Assembly: GCA_002869165.1 (NCBI GenBank)
Contig: PKTK01000005.1
Location: 2,553-66,552, forward strand
Origin: Candidatus Parcubacteria bacterium
GTDB taxonomy: Bacteria > Patescibacteriota > Patescibacteriia > Patescibacteriales > UBA12075
Length of the DNA: 64,000 bases
Direction of reading: 5' to 3'
A program made the translations under genes and the position numbers. The stretch's first letter is position 1. Every line of letters begins with the position of its first letter. Under the pieces are notes generated by a model. The model was not told the origin of the DNA. It saw only the letters and a list, made by a program, of their open reading frames with translations, and searched no databases. Positions 52,171-60,402 of this stretch are shown piece by piece.

Positions 52171-53508
52171 ATGTTGAAATTAATTACACGTTTTGTCTTT
52201 GGTCTTGCATTTATCTTCGTGTTTAGTCTGATGACTATTACTTCTGTTGAAGCTTCAGAAGTTTCCGCACCGACAGTTTTGAAGATTAATACTTTTAAAT
52301 CTTATGCAATTGATGCGCCTGTTATTTCTGGTGTTACACAGTCTGGCACTAATGTGCTTGTCTATGTTGATGGTGAATACACTGGAAGTGCAGTTGTGAA
52401 AGAATCTGGCACTGAAAGTGACAGTTTTTATTTTCAAACAAAAAAACTTGAGGCAGGAATTCACAAAGCATATTTAGTTGCTGAAGACAAAACCACAATG
52501 GAAAGATCAGATCCAGGAGCTGAATTTGATCTAGAGGTAAGAGAGTTGGATGCTCCAACTCTTGTCGTGCCAAATCCAAAAACAGTTACCGCTAAAGTAA
52601 AACCAGTAATCAAAGGTTTAACACTTAGTGGAACTTATGTGCATTTATTTATTGATGGAGTTTATAATGGAAAGACCGCTATTGTTGAAGATCAATCAAC
52701 CACAGCTAATTTCGCTTATACTCCTTTTTTAAATCTAAGCATCGGTAATCACTATGTGTGGGCTATTGCTGAAGATGTGAACGGAAGAAAATCAAAAGTA
52801 TCAGCAGTACAAGAATTTACAATTGAAGAAGAAATGGTTGCACCAATTTTGGTAAAGACAATTGATAATCAAAGCAATTTCAAGCGACCTATAATCACTG
52901 GTTTAGCTACCAACAATTCTTTGATCCAAATTTATATAGACCAAAGATTGGCAGGTGAGTTCATGGTTGAAAATTCTGATACAGGGACAGCTAATTTTGC
53001 TTATACAGTTGAAAATGACTTAAGCTCTGGTGATCATCTATTTTACGCTATTGCATTTGATCATCGAGGCAAGGAAAGTAAATGGTCAAATTTGATGAGC
53101 TATAAAGTTGGTGCAACTTTGACACCAGCTATTAGCAGCTCAGCTGAGAGTGAGGAGCTAGTAATTGGCACAGAAGAAAAACAAGAGGAGTCAGTTGAAA
53201 GAAATGTAAAAACAGAAGAAATGTTAACTGAAGAAAATAATGGACAAGTAGATCAAGGTGACGAAGAAGCAGACGAAGACACTATGAATGAAGAGGAGGA
53301 TAGTATCGAGAAAATTTTAAACCAAGACCTAGAAAATGAAGAAGGTGAAACCAAAGGAGCTGTAACAGAATTAAATGATTCACAAGGAAAATTAGGTTGG
53401 AATGCATTGGTGTTTGTTCTATTTTTGGTAGCAGTTATTCTCTGGATCTTTTGGGTTAATAGAGAGCTTATAAAAGAAAAGAAAGAACAAGAAGAAAAAG
53501 AAAAGTAA
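52171..53508 (+). CDS. surface protein: signal peptide, four Ig-like repeats, acidic stalk, C-terminal TM anchor
   Basis: A ~95-aa repeat recurs four times (P(V/I)I(S/K/T)G(V/L)T..GT.V.(V/L)(Y/F)(V/I)DG.Y.G ... (A/F)EDV/D..G..S). Then comes the E/D-rich region EEADEDTMNEEEDS and the TM helix ALVFVLFLVAVILWIFWV. Confidence 0.7.
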   Translation: MLKLITRFVFGLAFIFVFSLMTITSVEASEVSAPTVLKINTFKSYAIDAPVISGVTQSGTNVLVYVDGEYTGSAVVKESGTESDSFYFQTKKLEAGIHKAYLVAEDKTTMERSDPGAEFDLEVRELDAPTLVVPNPKTVTAKVKPVIKGLTLSGTYVHLFIDGVYNGKTAIVEDQSTTANFAYTPFLNLSIGNHYVWAIAEDVNGRKSKVSAVQEFTIEEEMVAPILVKTIDNQSNFKRPIITGLATNNSLIQIYIDQRLAGEFMVENSDTGTANFAYTVENDLSSGDHLFYAIAFDHRGKESKWSNLMSYKVGATLTPAISSSAESEELVIGTEEKQEESVERNVKTEEMLTEENNGQVDQGDEEADEDTMNEEEDSIEKILNQDLENEEGETKGAVTELNDSQGKLGWNALVFVLFLVAVILWIFWVNRELIKEKKEQEEKEK

Positions 53509-53540
53509 TAAACATTTTACAGATAATACCATAAATAAGA

Positions 53541-53569
53541 CCTCGGGCTTTGGCTCGGGGTTTTATTTT
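53541..53569 (+). terminator. intrinsic terminator of the surface-protein gene
   Basis: CCUCGGG (53541-53547) pairs with CUCGGGG (53554-53560), including two G.U pairs that form only in the + sense RNA. It is followed by TTTTATTTT. Confidence 0.6.
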
Positions 53570-53644
53570 GAATTAAGAATTAAGAATTTTGAATTAAGAA
53601 TTAAGAATTAAGAATTAAGAATTAAGAATTAAGAATTAAGAATA
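53570..53644. repeat. 7-bp microsatellite (AATTAAG)n
   Basis: Two copies, a TTT interruption, then six perfect copies of AATTAAG and a partial copy. Confidence 0.9.
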
Positions 53645-53655
53645 ACCTCTTTTAG

Positions 53656-53792
53656 TTGTCATTTTGAAGCGTTATCGAAGAAGAAGGTGAATTGCCGAAG
53701 ACAAGAGAGATTGCCCTGGAGTATCCCTTGAATATGAGGATAAGTAGGTTGCTGCAAGCAACCGCCACCACAAACAACACTTCTGTCTTTTT
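53656..53792 (+). repeat. long unit of the GTCAT repeat family
   Basis: TTGTCATTTTGAAGCG...GAAGGTGAATTGCCGAAGACAAGAGAGATTGCCCTGGAGTATCC...GGTTGCTGCAAGCAACCGCCACCACAAACAACACTTCTGTCTTTTTTT. It is homologous to 47501-47575 and to the tails at 47452-47480 and 3241-3280 (reverse strand). Confidence 0.65.
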
Positions 53793-54034
53793 TTATAATT
53801 ATTCCCCTCCTTTACAAGGAGGGGTTGGGGTGATTATCTTAAATTAATGCATTGAAAATTGTTTAAAAATTACAAAGTGCCTGAAAGGTAAAAATTATAA
53901 ATTAAAAATTGCAAAAATAAATATTTTTAAATAAAAAATAAACACAAACTTTAAAAAATAATGCTAATTGAAAATAAAACAGAGAAGTGTTACACTATTT
54001 AAAAGAAATTGTTATTAATAATCGTAATAAGAGT

Positions 54035-55342
54035 ATGGAATTTTTAAGAAAAAATTTAATATATATTTCCGTTGCCATAGTAGTGATATTGGCAATTTTT
54101 AAATTTATATCACCGGCCCCAGTGGCGCAGGAATATAGTTCAGACAAGGTAAATCTTTATTTTTTTTATGGTGATGGATGTCCACATTGCGCCAAAGAAG
54201 AGATACTGCTTGATGAATTGGAAAATAAATATCCAGAGATAAATATTTATAGATATGAAACCTGGTACGACTCGGAAAATGCTCAAGTACTTGATCATTT
54301 GCGTTCGGAAATGGATTTTCGTGCTGGAGTACCGGTTTTGATTGTTGGTGAAGAAGTGGTTGTTGGTTATGGCTCGTATGAAAGTACTGGTAAGAAAATT
54401 GAAAAACTGGTAACAGAACATATTGAAACAGGTTGCATAGATATAGTGGCACCCTTGGTTGGACTTGATGAAGAAGATGCTAATTTAAGTGGTGAAAAAA
54501 CATGTGAACATACCTGTGATCAAAAGGAAGGGGAATGTGAACATGATTGTGGTTGTTCAGCTGATTTGGATAATTCTGACTATGAAGCGCCCAAAGATTC
54601 TATTAATGTTCCTTTTGTGGGTGATGTAAATTTGAACAGTCTAGCTCTTCCTACTTTTACGGTTGTAATTGCAGCAGCAGACGGCTTCAATCCTTGTGCT
54701 ATGTGGGTTTTACTTTTCCTTATCAATTTACTGATCGGCTTGAATGACAAACGCAAGGTTTGGATTTATGGCATGACCTTTATTTTGACTTCAGCTATTG
54801 TTTATTACTTTTTGGTATTTACATGGCTTCAAATATTTTTACTTATCGGCTTGATAGTGTGGGTGAGGCTTCTGGTGGGATTGTTTGCAGTTGGCACTGG
54901 CGCTTATCACATCAAAGATTATTGGGAAAACATGGATGGAGGTTGCAAAGTAACAGACAATGAAAAAAGACAAAAGATATTTACCCGTCTAAGAGAAATT
55001 GTTCAGAGAAAGCAAGTTGTGTTTGCACTTGGTGGAATTATTTTGCTTGCTACAGCTGTTAATATGGTTGAGCTTCTTTGTTCGGCTGGCTTTCCTCAGA
55101 CCTTCACTCAAGTTTTGGCTATGAAGAATCTTGGTTTTTGGGAGAACCAAATGTATTTACTGCTCTACATCGTCGTCTTCATGCTTGATGATTTGTTGAT
55201 ATTTTCTCTGGCAGTTAAGACTATGCAACTCAAAGGAATTAGTGCAAAATATTCAAGGTACTCAGGACTAGTTGGTGGAATATTAATACTCTTGATTGGC
55301 GTGCTTTTGATACTCAAGCCTGAATGGATAATGTTTGGTTAA
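54035..55342 (+). CDS. thioredoxin-fold domain fused to a DsbD/CcdA-like membrane domain via a Cys/His-rich linker
   Basis: TM anchor, FFYGDGCPHCAKEE (CxxC), linker CEHTCDQKEGECEHDCGC, then a polytopic domain with DGFNPCAMWVLLF and VELLCSAGFP. The ATG at 54035 is preferred over the GTG at 53987. Confidence 0.6.
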   Translation: MEFLRKNLIYISVAIVVILAIFKFISPAPVAQEYSSDKVNLYFFYGDGCPHCAKEEILLDELENKYPEINIYRYETWYDSENAQVLDHLRSEMDFRAGVPVLIVGEEVVVGYGSYESTGKKIEKLVTEHIETGCIDIVAPLVGLDEEDANLSGEKTCEHTCDQKEGECEHDCGCSADLDNSDYEAPKDSINVPFVGDVNLNSLALPTFTVVIAAADGFNPCAMWVLLFLINLLIGLNDKRKVWIYGMTFILTSAIVYYFLVFTWLQIFLLIGLIVWVRLLVGLFAVGTGAYHIKDYWENMDGGCKVTDNEKRQKIFTRLREIVQRKQVVFALGGIILLATAVNMVELLCSAGFPQTFTQVLAMKNLGFWENQMYLLLYIVVFMLDDLLIFSLAVKTMQLKGISAKYSRYSGLVGGILILLIGVLLILKPEWIMFG

Positions 55343-55354
55343 ATTTTGAAAAAT

Positions 55355-55389
55355 AAAGAAGCCCCGGAATTATTATCCGGGGCTTTTTG
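55355..55389. terminator. bidirectional GC-rich terminator
   Basis: AGCCCCGG (55360-55367) pairs with CCGGGGCT (55377-55384). There is an A-rich left flank and TTTTT on the right. Confidence 0.7.
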
Positions 55390-55391
55390 TA

Positions 55392-55970
55392 TTATGCAGG
55401 AATTGCAAATGTACAAGCTTGTTTTTTGTCGCCAATATTTACTTTTGCTTCAAAAATAAATACCCTTGATCCTTTTTCTATGTTTGGTGTAAGTGAACAC
55501 CAGGCCAATTTATCACCGCCGATATTTACAGCTCCTATGTTGTGACTAGGCAGTGGAAAAGATTCTGATTCAGTAGATACGGTTGGTTTTTTTTCATTTT
55601 CTTTTAAGATCTGAGCTTCTGCAGTAAATTTTTCAATTAATGCAAGTTTTTCATCTCTTGTTTTCGTAATTAATTCGTCACTGTAATTTGAGTAATAACC
55701 AGTTGTGAGTTCTGCATGAACTATCAGCTCTTCTTTGGTGGCAAAAAAATTATATTATTCGAAATAATCAGAGTCAATATCAGGTCTATTTAAATTATAG
55801 CGAGTATCGATTGAAATTTCTCTGTGGAAAATTTCTTTGCAATGATCACATTGCCAGAACTCATCTGATTTAAAAATCCTATTTTGCTCGACCTCAAAAG
55901 CAGTTTCTGAAAATTTTTTAAGCCTGCCCTTTTCGCAGTCACATTCTACATAAGTTATAATTTTTGGCAT
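55392..55970 (-). pseudogene. zinc-ribbon paralog interrupted by one in-frame TAA
   Basis: The track ORF 55755..55970 (MPKIITYVECDCEKGRL...DSDYFE) ends at the TAA at 55755-55757. The same frame continues for 121 codons (YNFFATKEELIVHAEL...NIGAVNIGGDKLAWCSL...FAIPA) to the TAA at 55392. The continuation aligns with the C-terminal half of the upstream paralog and contains no Met. Confidence 0.75.
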
Positions 55971-55981
55971 TATGTATCCTC

Positions 55982-56545
55982 CTATCTTTTGATAGCTATA
56001 TAATATTCATATTCTTCACCAAAAATAGAAACGGTATTATAAGAAATTATAATACTATCACCTTCTTTGATATCTGAATCAATAAGACACCAGGCAAAGT
56101 TAAATTTTGAAATTTTAACAGCTCCAATATTTGAATTTGCCGCAGGAAATATATCACTAAGAGAAGTGCCAACAGAAAAAGATAAATCTGTATGATCTTT
56201 TCGCAAAGTAGCCTCTTTTATTTTTCTCAGTGTGATAATGAGATCTTCGTGCATTGGCAAAAAGCATCCAAATATTTGACCTGTTATATCAATTATTTCT
56301 TCTTTGGTGGTTGAAAATGTAAGTTTTATAAATTCTTGATAAACTGTTTTTGATGTGTCGTCCAGAGCATTTTTGCTTTTGTCGCGTTGGAAAATCGATA
56401 AACATTTATCACATTGCCAGAATTCACTGCACTCGTTAAACCGGTTTCCCTTTGAATCGCTAGAAGTATAAATACTTGTTTCCGCAAATTCAGTGAGTTT
56501 GCCTTTTTCGCAATCACATTCTACATAGTTTATAATTTTTGGCAT
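55982..56545 (-). CDS. hypothetical protein: N-terminal CxC...CxxC zinc-ribbon-like module + beta-rich C-terminal domain
   Basis: MPKIINYVECDCEKGKL...FWQCDKC, with AGGAGAG upstream. It is a full-length paralog of 55392..55970. No family recognised. Confidence 0.6.
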   Translation of the reverse strand: MPKIINYVECDCEKGKLTEFAETSIYTSSDSKGNRFNECSEFWQCDKCLSIFQRDKSKNALDDTSKTVYQEFIKLTFSTTKEEIIDITGQIFGCFLPMHEDLIITLRKIKEATLRKDHTDLSFSVGTSLSDIFPAANSNIGAVKISKFNFAWCLIDSDIKEGDSIIISYNTVSIFGEEYEYYIAIKR

Positions 56546-56759
56546 TTTTCTCTCCTGTTTTTATTTAGTCTTGTTTAAGGAACAGTTTGATTTGATTGTT
56601 TAAATTAACACATTATAGTTAGTATGTCAAATAATTAAATTTTGTTTATTAATTCAACGAATAATACTGAGTTTGTTTGAACTGTAGGTTAATTTAACTA
56701 TTAAATTATAAGAAATCTATTGAGAATGACAAAAGAAAAGGTTATGATATAATATATAT

Positions 56760-57830
56760 ATGAAAAAAATAATATTTATAATTTTATTAATATTTCCATT
56801 TTTTGCATTTGCTCAAGATGCAAGTTTTCAAGCAGAAGTTATAGAGATTTTAGCAGAGCAAAACACTGTTTTGCCAGATGGACAAGAAGTGTTTCAACAG
56901 AATGTGAAACTGAAAGGATTGAGTGGAGATTTTAAGGATGAGGAAGTTGTTTTTGAGGGGATTGGTGATTATGATGTGGTAAAAAAGAATCTATATGAAG
57001 TAGGGGACAAGGTTATTGTGGTTGAGAACATGTCTCATGATGGAAGTAGGGAATATTATATAACCGATTATGTTAGAACAAGTCCGATTTATTATTTATT
57101 GGGAATATTTTTTGTGATAATGATAGCGGTGGGTAGATGGAAGGGGATCCGAGCTATTTTGTCATTAGTATTATCATTTTTAGTAATTATTAAATACATA
57201 ATTCCACAGATTTTATCTGGAGCTGATCCGATTGTGGTTAGTATTATCGGGTCATTTTTGATACTCTTAATAGTTGTATATTTAACAGAAGGCTATTCTA
57301 AAAAATCACACATTGCTAGTATTTCTATTTTTGTTAGCTTGATTTTGACTATGGTGTTGTCTTGGTTTTTTGTTGAGATTGCAAGGTTATCAGGCCTTGG
57401 AAGCGAAGAAATATCTTATTTAGTCTCTTTGGACATCTTTACAATAAATTTTCAAGGTTTATTGCTTGCAAGTATTATCATTGGAACACTTGGGGTCTTG
57501 GATGACGTGGTAATATCACAGATCTCAACTGTAGAGGAATTGATAAACAGCGGTGTGAAGATAAAAAAAGAAATATTTAGTAGTGCCTACAAAGTGGGTG
57601 TGTCTCATATTTCTAGTATGACTAATACTCTGTTTCTTGCCTATGCCGGAGCATCATTTCCCTTGCTTATTTTGTTTGTTAGTGGTCAAAGCGCTTTTTC
57701 GGGTCTTACTGATGTTATAAATAACGAGGCAATTGCTACAGAAATTGTGAGGACTTTGGCAGGTTCTATTGGTCTGGTTTTGTCTGTGCCAATTTCTACT
57801 TGGATGGGGGTAGTGTTTTTGAAAAAATAA
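56760..57830 (+). CDS. YibE/F-family integral membrane protein
   Basis: Signal peptide, a ~100-aa extracytoplasmic domain, then 6-7 TM helices. The architecture and GTLGVLDDVVISQ resemble YibE/F. Confidence 0.5.
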   Translation: MKKIIFIILLIFPFFAFAQDASFQAEVIEILAEQNTVLPDGQEVFQQNVKLKGLSGDFKDEEVVFEGIGDYDVVKKNLYEVGDKVIVVENMSHDGSREYYITDYVRTSPIYYLLGIFFVIMIAVGRWKGIRAILSLVLSFLVIIKYIIPQILSGADPIVVSIIGSFLILLIVVYLTEGYSKKSHIASISIFVSLILTMVLSWFFVEIARLSGLGSEEISYLVSLDIFTINFQGLLLASIIIGTLGVLDDVVISQISTVEELINSGVKIKKEIFSSAYKVGVSHISSMTNTLFLAYAGASFPLLILFVSGQSAFSGLTDVINNEAIATEIVRTLAGSIGLVLSVPISTWMGVVFLKK

Positions 57831-57833
57831 TTC

Positions 57834-58055
57834 TTTGTCATTCCCGCCTGCCCCGTCTTCTTGCGGGGGCGAGCGAATATTTTTCTCTTTGTCATCCTGG
57901 GGCTCGGAACGAAGTGAAGAGAACCCGGGATCCATCGTTTTGATTGCGGTAAAATTTTACTTGTCATTTCGAACGAAGCGAAGCGAAGAGAGAAATCTAT
58001 TTTTTTTCTCTTAAAATACGTATTATAGATCTCTCATTTCATTCGAGATGACAAA
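57834..58055. repeat. cluster of four short GTCAT-hairpin units (three direct, one inverted)
   Basis: Units at 57834-57880, 57887-57933, 57960-57997 and 58028-58055 (inverted). Each has TTTGTCAT, a stem beginning at the AT, and a purine-rich loop with GAAGCGA/GAAGTGA. Confidence 0.75.
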
Positions 58056-58089
58056 AATATAATGTTTATCGTAGATTTGTATTTCACCC

Positions 58090-58136
58090 TTGACAAGTAA
58101 AAATTTTTATGATAATATTTAGATAGTTATCTAAAT
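58090..58136 (+). promoter_or_regulatory. arsR promoter with overlapping palindromic operator
   Basis: TTGACA (58090-58095), a 17-nt spacer, and TAATAT (58113-58118). It is immediately followed by ATTTAGATA-GT-TATCTAAAT (58117-58136), a perfect 9-bp inverted repeat. Confidence 0.6.
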
Positions 58137-58154
58137 ATCTAATATTAATATAAT

Positions 58155-58415
58155 ATGAGTTTTAATAAAACAATGCAGGCCTTAGCTGATCCGACTAGAA
58201 GAACGATATTAGAAAAATTAAAGAAAAAAGATATGCCAGTGGGGGAATTGGCTAAGAATTTTGATATTACCTTGCCTAGTTTGTCACACCATTTAAATAT
58301 CTTAAAACAAGCCGATTTAGTAACATCTAGAAGAAAAGGACAAGAAATGATTTATTCACTAAATTTAAGTGTCTTTGAAGGTGTTGCCAAAACCCTGGCT
58401 AAGTTTTTTAAATAA
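58155..58415 (+). CDS. ArsR/SmtB-family (SdpR-like) transcriptional repressor
   Basis: LADPTRRTILEKL...VGELAKNFDITLPSLSHHLNILKQADLV, the winged HTH of the ArsR family, 86 aa. Confidence 0.85.
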   Translation: MSFNKTMQALADPTRRTILEKLKKKDMPVGELAKNFDITLPSLSHHLNILKQADLVTSRRKGQEMIYSLNLSVFEGVAKTLAKFFK

Positions 58416-58420
58416 AATTC

Positions 58421-58452
58421 TTTGTCATTCCTGCGAAGGCAGGCATGACAAA
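58421..58452 (+). repeat. perfect nested GTCAT hairpin between arsR and the SdpI-like gene
   Basis: TTTGTCAT-T-CCTGC-GAAG-GCAGG-C-ATGACAAA, starting 6 nt after the arsR stop. Confidence 0.75.
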
Positions 58453-58515
58453 ATAATAATATTAAATAATTCGCATGTGGTCCATTTGTAGTGGGTCCGA
58501 GCGAAGCGAGTAACA

Positions 58516-59187
58516 ATGAATCCAATAAAACCAACAATCAAAACAGAGCTGTTTGCTGTATTGCTAATAATTTTAGCTTGCCTTAGTTCAATTTATTTTT
58601 ATAGTGTTTTTCCTTCCAAGGTACCAATTCATTGGAACATAGAAGGACAAGTTGATAATTATAGTTCAAAAGAAATTGGAGCTTTCTTATTTCCCGTAGT
58701 AATACTAGCTATGTATTTAATGTTTATATTGATCCCTTATTTGGATCCCAAGAAAAATAGATATGACGAATTTAGAAAAACTTATCATATTTTTAAAAAC
58801 TTGATGATTTTATTTATGACCATAACATATTTTGTTGCTAGTTTTTCCGCAATTGGTATTGGTATGTCAATTAGCACCTGGATTCCTATTATGGTTGGTA
58901 TGCTTTTTGTGGTTTTAGGAAATTACATGTCAAAGATTAAACCAAATTGGTTTATGGGTATCCGCACTCCTTGGACATTATCAAGTGAAGAGGTTTGGAA
59001 CAAGACACATAGATTTGGCGGACTTGTTTTTATACTAGGTGGTCTTGTTATGATGTTCATGCCAATATATCCAAACAACATTAAAATGATTTTGTTTATC
59101 ACGATTGTTTTGTTAATGTCGCTTGGTACAACCCTGTATTCACTTTATTTATTTTTAAAAGAAAAAAATGGAAAAAATAATAAGTAA
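58516..59187 (+). CDS. SdpI/YhfL-family membrane protein (immunity-protein-like)
   Basis: N-terminal DUF1648-like helices (IHWNIEGQVDNY) and the SdpI-type segment KPNWFMGIRTPWTLSSEEVWNKTHRFGG. It is paired with an ArsR/SdpR-type gene. Confidence 0.6.
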   Translation: MNPIKPTIKTELFAVLLIILACLSSIYFYSVFPSKVPIHWNIEGQVDNYSSKEIGAFLFPVVILAMYLMFILIPYLDPKKNRYDEFRKTYHIFKNLMILFMTITYFVASFSAIGIGMSISTWIPIMVGMLFVVLGNYMSKIKPNWFMGIRTPWTLSSEEVWNKTHRFGGLVFILGGLVMMFMPIYPNNIKMILFITIVLLMSLGTTLYSLYLFLKEKNGKNNK

Positions 59188-59938
59188 GGAAAACAAGAAA
59201 ATAAAATTATTAAAATCTTTAAATAAAGCTAATAAAAGGAAGCGAGAGGGCAAGTTTTTGATAGAAGGAAAGAAGGAAATTGAAATGGCTCTAGAATCAG
59301 ATATTCAAATATTAGATATTTGTTATTGTTCTGAATACGGAAACGAATTTGATCTGGGTGTTTCAGGTTTTGAGGTGACTAAAGAAAAGTTTGATAAGCT
59401 TTCGTATAGAGAAAATCCAGATGGATTTTTGGCTATTGCTGAATTGCCAAAGATTGATTTACAAAATATTAAACTCAAAGAATGTCCGTTGGTGCTAGTA
59501 ATCGAAAAAGTAGAGAAGCCAGGCAATATCGGTGCTATGCTCAGAACTGCTGATGCTGTTGGAGTGGATGCAGTGATACTTTGTGAAGCACAAACTGATT
59601 TTTACAACCCTAATGTTATTAGATCAAGTTTAGGTGCAGTATTTAGTGTGCAAGTTGCAAGTGGAAGTAATAAAGAAGTCTTGGACTGGCTTATGAAAAA
59701 TAAAATGAATATATATTCAGCTTATATTGAAGACAGTAGTATAGATTTTACACAAGTAGATTTTAAAAAAGGAACAGCAATAGTAATTGGCACAGAACAT
59801 AAAGGGCTTAGTAAATTTTGGAGTGATAATGCTACCGAAAATATCAAGATACCAATGCAAGGAAAAATAGACTCGTTTAATGCATCAGTTAGCGCTGCGG
59901 TTCTAATGTATGAGGCATTTAAACAGAGAAATAGTTAA
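59168..59938 (+). CDS. TrmH/SpoU-family RNA 2'-O-methyltransferase
   Basis: GNIGAMLRTADAVG, VIGTEHKGLS and IPMQGKIDSFNASVSAAVLMYE SpoU motifs. Confidence 0.8.
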   Translation: MEKIISKENKKIKLLKSLNKANKRKREGKFLIEGKKEIEMALESDIQILDICYCSEYGNEFDLGVSGFEVTKEKFDKLSYRENPDGFLAIAELPKIDLQNIKLKECPLVLVIEKVEKPGNIGAMLRTADAVGVDAVILCEAQTDFYNPNVIRSSLGAVFSVQVASGSNKEVLDWLMKNKMNIYSAYIEDSSIDFTQVDFKKGTAIVIGTEHKGLSKFWSDNATENIKIPMQGKIDSFNASVSAAVLMYEAFKQRNS

Positions 59939-59972
59939 AATAAAAAACCACAAATTTGTGGTTTTTAAGTAT

Positions 59973-60167
59973 TTACACGATAAGTCCTCTTAAAAAAATA
60001 ACAATTATCCAAAATATTAAGAAAGGCCAAAATATCCACCTTAGAGTGTTAGCTAATGATTTACCGTCATGATCAGGAAATGAACCTAAAAACAAAGTCA
60101 TAATAGAGATAAGTACCAAGGGAACACCTAGCAACTTAAAAGCAAACCATGTCAAAGGAATATACAT
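59973..60167 (-). CDS. small two-helix membrane protein
   Basis: 64 aa, almost entirely hydrophobic, with several Trp and Pro residues. A terminator-like hairpin (CCACAAATTTGTGG, 59949-59962) lies downstream. Confidence 0.35.
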   Translation of the reverse strand: MYIPLTWFAFKLLGVPLVLISIMTLFLGSFPDHDGKSLANTLRWIFWPFLIFWIIVIFLRGLIV

Positions 60168-60310
60168 TTTTTTCTCCTTGGATTGAATTTAAAAACGAAC
60201 AAAATTTTTATAACTTAATTTAGCTAAAAAATAAAAAAAAGCCAATTATTTTATAAAAATTTATTTAATATTGGTAAAAAAATAAGTTTTCATAATTAGT
60301 TTTCTTAATA

Positions 60311-60339
60311 TTGACTAATTTAAAAAAAGGTGTTAATAT
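60311..60339 (+). promoter_or_regulatory. sigma70-like promoter upstream of tRNA-Asp
   Basis: TTGACT (60311-60316), a 17-nt spacer, and TAATAT (60334-60339), about 60 nt before the tRNA. Confidence 0.5.
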
Positions 60340-60402
60340 TTTACTATTAGTCCAGAATTTTGTGACTAATTTTATTTTTGAATAAAATTGAATATTTTTC
60401 TT

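Noticed and set aside
53570-53644. CRISPR array.
   Set aside because: The repeat unit is 7 bp with no spacers, so it is a microsatellite. No cas genes and no 25-40 bp repeat/spacer periodicity appear anywhere in the window.
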